From assembly GCA_963707985.1 (NCBI GenBank), contig CAVPRW010000007.1:124520-188519 (forward strand): DNA of 64,000 bases, in the 5' to 3' direction. This document shows, one piece after another, positions 31,410 through 44,768 of this stretch. Within the stretch, counting starts at the first letter, position 1. The number at the start of each line of letters is the position of its first letter. The notes under the pieces were generated by a model. It was given only the letters and a program-made list of their open reading frames with translations, did no database searches and was not told the DNA's origin. This stretch comes from an uncultured Nitrospinota bacterium. GTDB taxonomy: Bacteria; Tectomicrobia; Entotheonellia; J063; CAVPRW01. A program made the position numbers and the translations under genes.

Positions 31410-31838
31410 TTAGCTTTTCAGATAAATCTCGACTCGATCGGTGGTCCAAACGGGAATACCACAACCGAAAAAGTCCCGGTCTTCAGTCCAAAGGGGGCAA
31501 TCAAATAACAAAGCAAGCGCTAGGTACGGCCAGTCATCTTCGTCCCTACCCCTGAGCCGCTCTCGGGCCTCAGGTTCCAGGTGCATAAACATCTCGATGG
31601 GGATAACGTGGAGGACACCACGCAAGGCGTCGAGCTTTTGAAGCGCTGCATGCGTCATCATCTCATCTAGACCGCGCCTGGACAATACCTCGGGCAGATA
31701 GGTTACAGCGTCTCTGAAAGCCTCTTCGATGGTGAGAAAAATCACCGCCGGCGCGTAGCCTCTGATATGCTCCACCGCCCGCGAGCCCAGTACCGCCCGG
31801 ATGAGGATATTGGCGTCAAGGACAAGGTGTTTCGCCAC
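31410..31838 (-). CDS. PIN-domain (VapC-like) toxin
   Basis: LVLDANIL, RD.DDWP..ALAL, LWTEDRDF.G.G...WTT. Confidence 0.9.
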   Translation of the reverse strand: MAKHLVLDANILIRAVLGSRAVEHIRGYAPAVIFLTIEEAFRDAVTYLPEVLSRRGLDEMMTHAALQKLDALRGVLHVIPIEMFMHLEPEARERLRGRDEDDWPYLALALLFDCPLWTEDRDFFGCGIPVWTTDRVEIYLKS

Positions 31839-32109
31839 GGCCCTTCCTGCGCTTTTTGCGGAGTGCGGTGTAGTCGCTGATCAGGTCTTCCGGGTCAATT
31901 CCGCGGGTTTCCAGCAGGGCCTGCCAGCGCTGCGTAGCGTCCTCCAGGGTTCGCAGGTCTGTTGCGTTCAGAGGCTGACGCACCGGGAGGTAATAGCCAA
32001 TCGTGAGGCCATCATGGGTGATGGCAAGTGGAATATCTCCGCTCATGTGTTTGGCAAAGTGTTCCCAGAACTCTCTTATGCCAACAGTTTTGAGCTGGGC
32101 AGTAGCCAT
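31816..32109 (-). CDS. Phd/YefM-like antitoxin
   Basis: TVGIREF...PLAIT.DG.TIGYY.P; overlaps the PIN gene start. Confidence 0.75.
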   Translation of the reverse strand: MATAQLKTVGIREFWEHFAKHMSGDIPLAITHDGLTIGYYLPVRQPLNATDLRTLEDATQRWQALLETRGIDPEDLISDYTALRKKRRKGRGETPCP

Positions 32110-32288
32110 AGCGAACCTCCAATGTGCATGCCAGGATAGTCAAACATAGTACTGAAAAGCGGTAAAAAGCAAGGGCAGCTGTGCTATTCTTATGGGCCTG
32201 GTTGTCGGCGTGCACGCAGAGGGAGCCGAGCGGTAAACCATGCGGCATGAGTGGGCTGCACCGCCGAGCGAGGAGCAACAGGAGCGAT

Positions 32289-32570
32289 ATGATGAGTATT
32301 CGTGTTGAATTGCCTGAGGAGTTGCTCATCGCCATACGGGAGGAGCCCCAGGAGTTCGCGCGTAAGGTCATGATCTATACACTGGGTCATCTGTATGAAC
32401 AAGGCACGATCTCCTCGGGTATCGGCGCTCAAGTGTTAGGATGTGACCGGCTGAAGTTTTGTCGACTCCTTTCTGAGCATGGGTTCTCGGTTATCCATTA
32501 CACCACAGAGGAACTGGAGGAGGAGGCGCACACCAGCCGGGAGATCGCTGCGCAGATCAAACGGGCATAA
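32289..32570 (+). CDS. UPF0175 family protein
   Basis: LYEQG.ISSG.GA..LG..R..F..LL......IHY..EEL.EE. Confidence 0.85.
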   Translation: MMSIRVELPEELLIAIREEPQEFARKVMIYTLGHLYEQGTISSGIGAQVLGCDRLKFCRLLSEHGFSVIHYTTEELEEEAHTSREIAAQIKRA

Positions 32571-32620
32571 AAGTGGCCACTAACGCCACTCTATCGAGAC
32601 TGAAACGGAGGCTTGCAACC

Positions 32621-35600
32621 GTGATTGACCGCACTGAACTGCTTGCCGACTTGCAAGCCGTGCTGCGCAAACTCGAAGCGGATCTGCTGGAGCGCAGTGA
32701 GGCGATGCCGGAAGTCGGCGCGGCTCTCACAGGTGAGCATCAGCGCGCCAGGAAAGCCGATCGCACGGCCCAGAGCTACGAAGACTGGCGCTCCGATTAC
32801 ATCACGCAGATCGGCGCAGCGTGGGTGCTCAGTTGTGTCTTCGTCCGCTTCCTGGAAGACAACCGGTTGATCGATCCGCCCAGGATCGCCGGGCCTGACG
32901 AGCGACTGGCGCGGGCGCGGGACGAACACGAACTCTACTTCCGCGCCCATCCGACCGAGACCGACCGCGAGTACCTGCTGCACGTCTTCGACGAGCTGGC
33001 CCGCTTGCCAGGGACAAAGGATATCTTTGGCGCGCACAACCCGATCCATGAGTTGCCCAACTGGCTCAGCGGCGATGCGGCTGGCGAGCTGCTGAAGTTC
33101 TTCCAGAAGATCGACGCCAATACCGGCGTGCTGATCCACGATTTCACTGACCCGGATTGGAACACGCGCTTCCTGGGCGACCTGTACCAGGACCTGTCCG
33201 AGGCGGCCCGCAAGAAGTACGCGCTGCTGCAGACGCCGGAGTTCGTCGAGGAGTTCATTCTCGACCGCACGCTTGATCCGGCCCTCGACGAGTTCGGCCT
33301 GGAAGGGTTTCGGATGATCGACCCGACCTGCGGTTCGGGGCACTTCCTGCTCGGTGCCTTCCAGCGCCTCCTGGACCGGTGGCGCCGCACCGAACCGGGG
33401 ACGGGAACGCGCGAGCTGGTACAGCGCGCTCTGGATGCTGTGTATGGCGTGGACGTGAATCCGTACGCCGTGGCCATTGCGCGCTTTCGGCTGCTGGTGG
33501 CGGCGTTGCGGGCGAGTGACATTACCAGGTTACGGGACGCGCCAGGATTTCGCATCAACGTCACGGCAGGGGATAGCTTGCTCCACGGGCGGCGGTTTGG
33601 CGAACTCAACCTCAAGGGCGAGTCGGTGGACTTGCGGCGTGTAGGCGGCAGTGAGCACGTCTACCGTGCGGAAGACCTGACGGAGCTGCACCGCATTCTT
33701 GGGCAGCAGTACCATGTGGTGGTGGGGAATCCACCCTACATCACGGTGAAGGATGCTGCGCTGAACCAGGCGTATCGGAATCGCTACTCGACCTGCCATC
33801 GCCAGTATTCTCTCGCTGTTCCCTTCACCGAACGTTTTTTTGAGCTTGCTATTTCCGGCCGTGACGCTACAGCCAAGTGGTTACGTCGGCATGATTACTG
33901 CCAATTCTTTCATGAAGCGCGAGTTTGGCAAGAAGCTGATCGAGGAGTTCTTTCCACGCATTGACCTGACCCATGTCATTGACACCTCAGGGGCGTATAT
34001 TCCTGGCCATGGGACACCCACGGTCATTTTGTTTGGCCGTCACTGCAAACCTGTGAGTCGTGAAGTTCGTGCTGTGCTTGGTATACGAGGGGAGCCAGGC
34101 ACGCCGGATGATCCGGCCCAGGGTCAGGTATGGCGGTCGATCGTCGAGCACTTGGACCAAGCGGGATCACAGAATGAGTTTATCAGTGTTGCTGACATGC
34201 CCAGAGAGACATTTTCTAAACATCCATGGAGTATTGGAGGTGGCGGACAGATAGAACTCACTGAAACCATTGAACAAAATTCGATCTGTCGGTTGCAAGA
34301 CGAAATCGAAGCGATCTCTTCTCTTTGCATCACACGTGAAGATGAGGCGTACTTGTTGCCTCAGAAGGCTCTCGATCGGATGCGTATCCAAAAGGAATAC
34401 CAAATTGTTAGTGTTCAGGGAGATCAGGTGAGAGACTGGACTCTCAACTCCCCTGGATGGGCTCTCTTTCCTTATGACACTGACCTCAAACCTGTAAGTT
34501 ACGAAAGAGGTCCTGAGGTGCATAGGTTTCTATGGCCAGTACGAGAGTTTTTGTGGCGACGTCGTGAACTCGGCGGCGATCACAGAGAACTTGGTCGTAC
34601 CTGGTGGGAATGGAACCGGTTTCTTACGCACAGGTTCCGCACCCCTCTCTCTATCGCCTTTCCACAAATTACTACTCATAACCACTTCGTGCTCGATCGC
34701 GGTGGGAAAGTTTTTAACCGAACAGCTCCAATCATCAAGTTACCCAGCGATGCCACCGAGGACGATCATCTCGCTCTGCTCGGCCTGCTCAACAGTTCTA
34801 CTGCATGCTTTTGGATGAAGCAAATGTTTCATAACAAAGGGAGTACAGTAGACGAGAAGGGCGCACGCCAAACCACTATTGCCTTTGAAAACTTCTATGA
34901 CTTCACCGGAACAGGATTGCAGAAGTTTCCTGTCACATCCGAGAAACCCCTCGACCTCGCTGTTGCTATAGATCGCCTGGCGCAGGATTGGCAAAAGCGT
35001 CTTCCGCCTCAACTGGCTACAGGCTTTCCCCTGTCCCAAACCCATTTCACTGAACACAGAAACAAGGCAGCGGGCTTGCTTGGCAGTATGATTGCTCTCC
35101 AAGAAGAACTCGATTGGCGCTGCTATACTCTGTATGGTATCACGGACCAGAACCTGTGCTACTGTGACACTGCTGGCAACCAGCTCACGCCTCCTGCAAT
35201 CACGCTGGGGCAACGTGCCTTCGAAATCAGCATGGCTCGCAAGATGGCCGCTGGTGAATTGGAGACAACCTGGTTCGAGCGCCACGGCGCATTGCCGATC
35301 ACCGAGATCCCTGCTGAATGGCCGGATGACTACAAGCGGCTCGTGGAGCGGCGGATTGCGCTGATCGAGACCAATCACAACATCGGCCTGATCGAGCAGC
35401 CGGAATACAAACGGCGCTGGAACACCGAGCCGTGGGAATCACAGCTAGAGCGGGCGTTGCGCAGCTGGCTTCTCGACCGCCTGGAAAGCTACTTCGACTT
35501 CGACGGCCGGATGAACGGCGAGGGCAGGCCCACGGCGAAGATCGACATCGCGCTGATCTCCACCGCCCGGCTGGCCGATGTGGCCCGGCAGGATGCCGAC

Positions 35601-36325
35601 TTCATGCAGGTCGGCGAGCTGTATCGCGACGATCCGGCCTTCGACGTCAATCGGTTAGTCGCCGAACTCGTCGAGGCCGAAAGCGTCCCACTGCTCCCCA
35701 ATCCTCCGCTACAAGCCCAGCGGCCTGCGCAAACGCGGGGAATGGGAACAGACCTGGGACTTGCAGCGGCAGGAAGACGCCATCGATGCCCGTACCAAGC
35801 TGCCCGAAGATGACCCCACAGTATCTGACCGAGCTTCAGGCCCAGGAGCTGAAGCGCCGTGAGATCGGCGACATTCCCGTCCCACCCAAGTACACGAGCA
35901 GCGACTTTCAAAACAGCACCTACTGGCGGCTGCGCGGCAAGCTGGATGTACCGAAGGAACGCTGGGTCAGCTTCCCGCACTGCGAAGGCGCGGACGGCAC
36001 GCTGATGATCGCCTGGGCTGGCTACGACCACCTGCAACTGGCCCGCGCCATCAGCGCCTACTACGTCGATATCCAGGAACGCCTCGGCGGCCGTGACGAC
36101 CCGCGCCTGGTGCCGCTGCTGGCCTGCCTGATCGAGCTGCTCCCCTGGCTGAAGCAGTGGCACAATGAGGTCGATCCCGAGTTTGGCATGCAGATGGGCG
36201 ACTACTTCGAGGGCTTTATGCAGGAGGAAGCGCGCCAGATGGGTAAGACGCTCGACCAGATCAGGGCGTGGGAGCCGCCGAAGAAGACGACACGCCGTCG
36301 CAAGCAAGCGACGATCGAGTCATGA
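32621..36325 (+). CDS. pglX: BREX type 2 adenine methyltransferase PglX (2 frameshifts)
   Basis: [83 protein letters not shown]. Confidence 0.93.
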
Positions 36326-36337
36326 GTGGAGAACATT

Positions 36338-36563
36338 ATGAGCACAAGCGAATTGCGAGTTACGCTTGCCCTTTAGCCTTTCAGAAGACGAGGCAAGGCT
36401 TCTGCTTGCCGTCAAGCTCTATGAGGTCGGAAAAGTCTCGCTTGGACAGGCAGCAAAGCTCGCGGGATTCTCGAAGCGGGCATTTATGGAAGTGCTCGGT
36501 CGGTATCACGTCCCTATCTTTGATTATTCGCCTGATGAATTGCGGCAAGAGGTCGACCTGTGA
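36338..36563 (+). CDS. UPF0175 family antitoxin-like protein (frameshift near 36370)
   Basis: LLLAVKLYE.G.VSLGQAA.LAG.S...F...L......FDY..DEL. Confidence 0.85.
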
Positions 36564-37016
36564 AGGAATCGGTCGTCACAGATAGTACCTGCTTGATCGA
36601 CCTCGAAAGAATAGGACGCCTTGATATTCTTCCAGCATTATTTGACCCTATTCTTATCCCACCGGAAGTCCAGCGTGAGTTCGGGACGCTGTTGCCCTGG
36701 CTCATAGTGGAAGCACCTGCTGATCAGGCATTGGTCGCCGCACTGAAGCTACTAGTGGATGACGGGGAGGCAGAGGCTATTGCCCTGGCCCATGAGCAAG
36801 GACGGCGAATTATTCTGGATGATCGGCGCGCCCGATCTGTCGCCAGAAACCTTGGGGTTACCATCATAGGCACGGTCGGTGTGCTGGTCCGCGCGACACA
36901 CCTTGGGATCATCACTTCGCTCGGGGCGCTTATGAGTCGACCTTGAAGCGCATGAATTTTACATTGGTGAGGGCTTGAAAGCAGAAGCTCTGCGCTTGGT
37001 CAATGAGACAGTTTGA
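36560..37016 (+). CDS. DUF3368 PIN-like protein (frameshift near 36940)
   Basis: VV.DST.LI.L..IG.L..L..LF..I.IP.EV..E, D.GEAEAIALA, LDD..AR, GT.GVL. Confidence 0.85.
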
Positions 37017-37085
37017 CAACCTCGCCTCTCCCACGAGGTGCAGGAATTCTTGGGAGGGTGGGTATTAGTAGAGGCAGAGAATGCG

Positions 37086-40000
37086 ATGACACTGATCAAA
37101 GACCTCATCGACATCCCGGAGCAGGTGCAGCGGGGAGACTTCGTACTGCGGCTCTCCGAAGGGGTGGACCGCCCTGAGGAGACGCTCCGTGACTATGTCG
37201 TGACCCCAGAGTTGAAGGCGTGCTTTGACAACGCGCTGAGCTTCGTCAGCAGTGCGTTGCAGAGTCGCACCAGCAAGGCGAGCTATCTGCACGGCAGCTT
37301 TGGCAGTGGCAAGAGCCATTTCATGGCTGTGCTGCACCTGATTCTGCAAGGCAACCCGGCCGCCCGCAGCATTCCCGAATTGGCACCGGTCATCCGCAAA
37401 CACAATACCTGGACACACCAGCAAAAATTCCTGCTGGTGCCGTACCATATGATCGGCGCGCACGATATGGAGTCGGGTATCCTGGGCGGCTATGTCGATT
37501 TTATGCGCCGCACGCATCCGCAGGCGCCGATCCCTGGCGTCTATTTAGCCGAAGGCTTGTTCCAGGACGCCCGGGCGCTGCGCGAGCGCATGGGCGATGA
37601 GCGATTTTTCGCCACGCTGAGCGACGGGAGCAGTGGAGCAGGTGGTTGGGGCGACCTGGAAGCCGGCTGGGACGCAACGCGCTTTGAAGCGGCTATGGAG
37701 GAGCCGCCCGGCTCGGAAGAACGCTCGCAGCTCATCAGCGCTCTGGTCGGGACATTCTTCAGCTCCTATAACACGCAAGTCGATCGCCAGGGCGAGGCAT
37801 ACCTCTCGCTGGACACGGGCCTGTCGGTTGTGAGCAAACACGCGGCTAGCCTGGGCTACGATGCGCTGATCCTGTTTCTCGACGAGTTGATCCTGTGGCT
37901 GGCCAGCCGTGCGGCTGATCTGAAGTTCGTGCACCAGGAGGGCCAGAAGCTGGCCAAGCTGGTCGAGGCCCAGACACCAGACCGACCGGTGCCGATCATC
38001 AGCTTTGTGGCGCGGCAGCGCGACCTGAGTGAGCTCATCGGTGATGCGGTGACGGGCGCGGAACGGCTGAACTTCAGTGACGCGCTGAAGCACTGGGAAG
38101 GCCGCTTTCACACCATTACGCTGGAAGACCGCAACTTGCCGGCGATTGCCGAGAAGCGTGTCCTAAAATGCAAGAGCCTAGCAGCCCGGGCAGAGTTGGA
38201 TGCTGCCTTCGAGCAGACGGCGAAAATCCGCGAGGCGGTGATGAACACACTGCTGACGAGTGAGGGTGACCGGGAGATGTTCCGCAAGCTCTACCCGTTC
38301 AGCCCGGCACTGGTGCAGACGTTGATTGCCGTCTCCAGCGTGCTGCAGCGCGAACGTACGGCGCTCAAGGTCATGATGCAATTGCTGGTCGAGCAGCGCG
38401 ACACGCTCACGGTGGGCGACATTCTCCCCGTCGGTGATCTGTTCGATGTGATCGCACACGGCGATGAGGCATTCAGCCAGGAAATGGCCATCCACTTCGA
38501 CAACGCCAAACGGCTCTACCATCAAAAGCTGTTACCGCTGCTGGAAAAACAGCATGGGCGACGCGAAGACCTTGAGCATCTCCCCTACGACGACCTCAAG
38601 CGCGCGGCGTTCCGCAACGACGACCGTCTGGTGAAAACCCTGCTTGCTGTCAGCACTTGTGCCCGGCGTAGAGTCTCTGCGCGCACTGAACGCTGAGCGG
38701 CTCGCCGCGCTGAATCATGGTACGATCAAGACGCCGATTCCCGGCCGGGAAGGTCAGGAAGTGCTCCGACGCTGCCGGAGCTGGGCGGCCAGTGTGGGTG
38801 AGATTCGCATTGGTGAAGAGACGAACCCAACCATCTCCATTCAACTCTCCGGTGTCGATACCGAGACGATCATTGAACAGGCACGTCGAGAGGACAATCA
38901 GGGGAACCGCATCCGACGCGTACGGCAGATGCTGTTCGAGCAACTCGGGATTACCGGAGAGTTGGAGTTCGAGCAGTCTCATGACTTTTTGTGGCTCCAA
39001 ACCAAACGGTCGTGCATCGTGCTGTTTGGGAACATCCGTGAGCTGCCCGACGCGTCGCTCGAAAATGCCGATGAGCGATGGAAGCTGATTATCGACTACC
39101 CCTTCGATGACGATGGTCACGGTCCGCGCGATGATGTGAGCCGAGTGCAAGCGTTTCAACAGGCCCACCCTGATGGGGCAAAGACGCTTTGCTGGATTCC
39201 CGCCTTCTTCAGCGTCGAGGCACAAAAGGATCTGGGGATGTTGGTCATTCTGGAGCACATTTTGACCGGCGAGCGGTTTCCGCAATACGTCAATCACCTG
39301 TCGCCGCAGGATCGGCCAGCGGCGAAGTCGCTGTTGGAAAACCAGCGCAGTGTACTGCGGCAGCGGGTGCAGAACCATCTAGAGGCGGCCTACTGGGCTG
39401 GAGGCGCTGACGCCCGGCTCGCTCGATACCACCCACGACTTCGAGATGCACGAACGATTCGCGTCGCTCTGGCCTGGTTTCGAGCCGCAGCCCCCTGTCG
39501 CCGCCAATCTTGCCGGTGCCATGGAGCATCTGTTGCAGCCAGACATTGGCACACGAGTTCCCGGCTGCACCACATTTTGAGGCGGAGATCAAGACCAGCA
39601 ACTTACAGAAAGTCTATGAGCAGGTGCGGGCGGCAACCCAGACAGAGGATGGACGAGTGGCGATCGACAAACCATTGCGTCCGCTGCTGCGGCATATCGC
39701 TAATCCCTTGCGACTGGGCGAGATGGGCTATGACGCCACGCACTTTGTGCTTGGGCAACACTGGAAGAACCACTTTACGAGGAAGGCCGCCGAGACCGGC
39801 AGTCCCATCACCGTCAGTCAGCTGCGAACATGGATTGATGAGCCAAAGCCTATGGGGTTGCCTCGCGAAGCTGAGAATGTGGTGATTCTGCTCTTCGCCG
39901 AGCAGACGAATCGCTCCTTCTTTCTCCACGGTGCTCCGTTTGATGCGACGTTAACGAACCTCCCGGATCGGCTCGAACTCCGCGAACAGCGGCTCCCAAA

Positions 40001-40745
40001 TCCAGCGCAGTGGGCCATCGCTGTCGGGCGTGCGGGCAGTATCTTTGGTGTGGCCGCTTCGCCACTGCTCAAGGTCAGCAATGTCGTCGCGCTTGCGACA
40101 GGCGTGAAGCAGAAGGTCACGGATGCGCGGCGGGCCTGTCAGACATACTGCCAGCGCTTGCAGGACCGGCTTGGAAAGCTGGGGATCACTGCCCCTGACA
40201 CAGACCGCATGCAGACAGCCACAGCAACGCTGGCAATGATTGAACGCCTTTCTGACGTCGAACCTACCGAGGTTATCGACGTCCTGGCAACCGTACGCGT
40301 GGCCACGTCGGAAAGTGCCGTGGGTGAGTGTCTGAGCAAGGCGACAGAACTCGCCGAACGGCTGGATGCAACGGATTGGGAAATCTTCGACGCCACTACC
40401 CGACTGACTGATGAGCGCAAGGCAGCAGCAGATGGGATTCGTAGTAGCATCTGCCAGGCACTGGCGAGTGATGAGCACGTCATTTCACTCGCGCCAGCCC
40501 TCAAAGAGGCCCAGGCAAAGGCCGTGAGGTTGCTGACTACACTGACTCCAGTACCAGAACCAAAAATAGAACCACAGCCAGTTCCCAGACCTGGCCGCAC
40601 AATTCTCCGACAAGGCGGAGAGCAGCATCTCACCCTACGTGCGGCACAGGACTTGATTATACAATTGGAGCGCGAACTGCCTGCAGGCCAGGACATCCAT
40701 TTCAATATTAGTTGGGTTATTGAAGAAGGTGGGACGGAGCAGTGA
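37086..40745 (+). CDS. pglY: BREX type 2 ATPase PglY/BrxC (2 frameshifts)
   Basis: YLHGSFGSGKSHFMAVL (Walker A), LFLDELILWLA (Walker B), SF.ARQRDL, YPFSPALV, LAALNHG. Confidence 0.92.
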
Positions 40746-43446
40746 CTATAGCGGCACCAACATTCAGTCAAATCAAGGCCCAGGTGGCTGCCATTCGTCA
40801 GAAGGTGCCTCATGCGCGGGTGATTGGGATTCGCACCGAAGGGCGCTGGACGGGCGAACGACTCAAGCAGGATGGGCAAGAGACCTTTCGTATCGAGCAA
40901 TGCGATTCCCCATTGCACATGCGGATGGTGTTGCAAGATGATGATGGCATGGCCATTACGGTCCTTATCACCAGCCTGGATGAGCAGGCGATTGGCGATG
41001 ATATTTTGGTGCGTCTTGTCAGACGGCGGCTGTTCCCCGTCGATAGCTGGCAGATCGTCAAATTATTGTTTCAGGCCCGGGCTATCGATCCGCGTGTCAC
41101 TCAGTATGGCTGGATGGCTGAACATCTCCTGGAGGCGATCCCTGCGGACGGCTTTCCACCAGCGCCCGGCGGATTTCTTGATGCAGAGACTGTCTGGTCA
41201 ATACTCTTAAACCAGCGTATTGGTTTCGTGCGTGACAGACCGGATTTGCTCGCACTGCTGCAGTGGTCCGTCAACACTGAGAGCATCGCGCAGTTCCAGG
41301 CCACACCAGTCTCATTCCGTCAGGCAGCCACCGAGTGGCTCACGCAACAGGCTGGTCCTGCTGCCGAGGCTATCCTCCACTGTGTCACCTCCAACAAACG
41401 CCCGGATACGCTGGCCGTCGGTCTGGCTGCGGGGGTCGTGTTCAATGGTGCGGCTGCAGGGCAGTTAGACAAGGCTGCTGGCAAGCTCGAAGAACGATAT
41501 CTCGGAGGCAAGACGCTCGACGTAGGAATCATCGACCGCTGGCATGCTGCAGCAACAGAAGTGGTGAGCCTACAACTCACGGATGCCCAACTCAAACGCC
41601 GGCAGCTCAATCGCGCTGATGAAATCCTGCGCGAAGTCCAAGCCGATGCCTATGCCTATCTCAGTCGCACCTCACCGCTTGGCTTTGATCAACGTCTAGC
41701 CCGATTTGGTACACTGCTCTCTACCATAGTTCTGGATAGTGCCCCTGCGTCTCTTGAACTATTGATTGCGGCACGGCAGGAAATTCTCGGTCATGATCAA
41801 GCCCAACGCGAGCGCCGTCGCCTCGACCGGATCGACATGGCCATCCGGCTGATCCAGTGGCTCACTCGGGTTGACGCGGCTGCCACATCCTCTTGCCAAT
41901 CACTCGCCGAAGCGGCTGCGCATCACCTTGCCGAGGGAGGATTCGTCGACTGGGCACGTCTTTCACTCCGCGGTGGGGAGCCGGTACGAGAGCTGTCAGA
42001 AGCCTATGCGCGCCTGTTCAACAAGGTCACTGCGATCCGGGAACAGCAGGCACGCCAGTTTGCCGAGTTGCTACGAGACTGGACGGTTGCTGGTTCAGTT
42101 GGCGATGGCGTCATTCCCGTTGAACGCATCCTGGACGAGATTGTTGCGCCTTTGGCCGCACAGGCTCGCGTGCTGGTGATCATTATCGATGGCATGAGCG
42201 CAGCAGTCTGCCGAGAATTACTCGCAGACATTACCCGGCAGGATTGGGTAGCCCTCTGTGAACAGGAGCGTGAGGCGAATCGACCTGGACTGGCAGCTCT
42301 CCCATCCATCACTGAGGTTTCTCGTACCAGTCTGCTGTGTGGGCAATTACGGCAGGGCAACGCTACGGTGGAGAAAAACGGTTTTGCGGAGCATCCGGGG
42401 CTCCGCGCGCATTGCCGCAGCGGTCCATGCCCGTCTTGTTCCATAAACCGTCGCTGCAAGAGGCAGACGATGCTAGTTTGGCCGCCGAAGTGCGTGGAGA
42501 GATCGCGGCTGCGCATCGCCGGGTCGTTGGTGTGGTCGTGAACGCCGTCGACGATCATCTCTTGAAAGGCGAGCAGATCGACACCCGCTGGTCATGCGAA
42601 GAGATCAAGGTCCTGCCGACCTTACTGCATGAGGCAAAATCTGCGCGCCGCATTGTCATCCTGCTCGCTGACCACGGCCATGTGTTGGATCACCACACGC
42701 AAGGGCGGCCGTATGAGGGCGGAGAGCGCTGGCGCATCGACGATGGCAACCCCGCTGCAGACGAAGTGCAAATGACCGGGAGCCGCGTGGTGATCCCTGA
42801 GAATCATCGGTTGATCGCTCCCTGGACTGAGAAGGTCCGTTACGGCGTCAAGAAGAATGGCTACCACGGTGGTGTATCGCCCCAGGAGATGATTATTCCG
42901 ATTACCGTGCTGTGTGCGGGTGATGCCTCTCCCGCCGGATGGCGAGAGGCACCTATGACCACACCAGCCTGGTGGGACGAGCCGTTCCTGGAGCGGCAGC
43001 CAGGCGAGGAGATGCCGCTACTCCTGAAACCTGTCACACCTGAGGGACTCGGGCCGTTGTTCGACTCTGTCCAGGAAGACAGGGTGGTGGTGCAACCCAC
43101 CGCCGTCGGAGGAACACCAGAAGAGACTGTGCCTGCGTGGATAACGGCGTTACTCGCCTCGCCCATGCTTGCCGAGCAAAAACGTCTGGCTGGACGTACA
43201 GTCCCTGCCGACGAGATCATCATGAAGCTGCTGACTGCCCTCGACCGTCATGGTGGGAAGTTGACCGCCACCGCGCTGGCGCGTGCGATCGAGTATCCAT
43301 CGCTCCGTCTGCCAGGACTCCTGGCGGTGCTGCAGCGGGTGCTCAATATCGATGGGTATGCGGTGCTGACACGTGATGAGGCGTCCGATACCATCGAATT
43401 ACATCGAGACCTCCTCTGCAGGCAGTTTGACCTGGTAGTGGGGTAA
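40742..43446 (+). CDS. pglZ: BREX phosphodiesterase PglZ (1 frameshift)
   Basis: IIDGMS, LPS.T..SRTSLL.G, VNAVDD.L, ADHGH, GYHGG.SPQEM. Confidence 0.92.
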
Positions 43447-44768
43447 TGCCGATGATCAGTCCTCAGAAGCGGCAGGAGATCATCGACGCACTCCGGCGGG
43501 GGACGGTGCCGGGGAGCAGCCTCGATGCTTTTGCCGTCGGACTGGATCACTTGACGGCCGCCGTGGATGAAGAGCTACGCAAAGCGAACGCTGGTGGCAG
43601 TGTCTTCAAAGCTGTCCGGGGCGAGTACGGCTGTGGGAAGACCTTTTTTGCACGCTGGTTGGCGGACCGCGCCCGGAAACTCGGCTTTGCCACGTCTGAG
43701 GTCCAGATCTCCGAAACCGAGACGCCGCTGCACCGTTTAGAGACCGTGTATCGCCGCCTCACGGAGCGCTTGGCGACTGCGGATACGCCGCAGGGAGCGC
43801 TGCGGAATATCGTGGATGGCTGGTTCTTCACGCTGGAAGAGGATGTCCTGGCCGAGGGGGGCATTGCGGCGAGCGATGCACAACAATTACTGCAGCGCAC
43901 CAACGACTTGTTGGAACAGCGACTTGCCAGGGTGACAAGTCTGGCGCCGATGTTTAGTGCGGCCTTGCGAGGCTATCGACAGGCCCAAGCTGAGGGCAAT
44001 GTGGCCACTGCGGAGGGCATTCTCGCCTGGCTGGCTGGGCAACCGAATGTCGCTGCAAACGCCAAGCGGTATGCTGGCGTCAAGGGGGATCTTGACCACT
44101 TTGGCGCGCTCAATTTTCTGCAAGGTATTCTCACCGTCCTCCGTGATGCAGGCCAGGCTGGACTGTTGATCGTTCTGGATGAGGTCGAAACCATCCAGCG
44201 AGTCCGCAGTGATGTTCGTGACAAGAGTCTCAATGCGCTGCGGCAGCTGATCGATGAGGTGGACTCAGGCAGATTCCCTGGCCTATACGTGCTGATCACC
44301 GGTACGCCGGCCTTCTTCGAAGGGCCTCAAGGTATCCAGCGGCTCGAACCTCTGGCTCAGCGTCTCCATGTCGATTTCCAGTCGGATGTACGTTTTGACA
44401 ATCCACGCGCCGTACAGATCCGTTTACCCGCTTTCGACATGGACCGGCTGTGCCTGGTCGGTAGGAAAGTCCGTGATATCTTCATCCAACACACAACGAC
44501 AGCGGCGCGTATCGCTCAGCTGTGTGACGATACCTACATCCATGATCTGGCACAGGCGGTGACTGGGAAACTCGGCGGAAAAGTGGGCATTGCCCCACGG
44601 ATTTTTCTCAAGAAACTGGTCGCTGAGGTGCTGGACCGCATTGATCAGTTCGAGGACTTCAATCCACGACAACATTATGCCCTCACCATCCATGCAGCAG
44701 AGCTGAGCACGGTAGAACGGCAGGCCATGGGGGCTACGGACGTAGATGAGATTGAGTTGGAGTTGTGA
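43446..44768 (+). CDS. brxD: BREX ATP-binding protein BrxD
   Basis: DALRRGTVP, KAVRGEYGCGKT, QISETETPLH.LE, LDEVET.QR, ITGTP.F. Confidence 0.92.
   Translation: MPMISPQKRQEIIDALRRGTVPGSSLDAFAVGLDHLTAAVDEELRKANAGGSVFKAVRGEYGCGKTFFARWLADRARKLGFATSEVQISETETPLHRLETVYRRLTERLATADTPQGALRNIVDGWFFTLEEDVLAEGGIAASDAQQLLQRTNDLLEQRLARVTSLAPMFSAALRGYRQAQAEGNVATAEGILAWLAGQPNVAANAKRYAGVKGDLDHFGALNFLQGILTVLRDAGQAGLLIVLDEVETIQRVRSDVRDKSLNALRQLIDEVDSGRFPGLYVLITGTPAFFEGPQGIQRLEPLAQRLHVDFQSDVRFDNPRAVQIRLPAFDMDRLCLVGRKVRDIFIQHTTTAARIAQLCDDTYIHDLAQAVTGKLGGKVGIAPRIFLKKLVAEVLDRIDQFEDFNPRQHYALTIHAAELSTVERQAMGATDVDEIELEL

Noticed and set aside
32621..36325. Phase variation of pglX by slipped-strand frameshift, as in Streptomyces Pgl
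   Set aside because: The shifts near 33870 and 35700 are not in long homopolymer tracts, and similar indels occur throughout the island.
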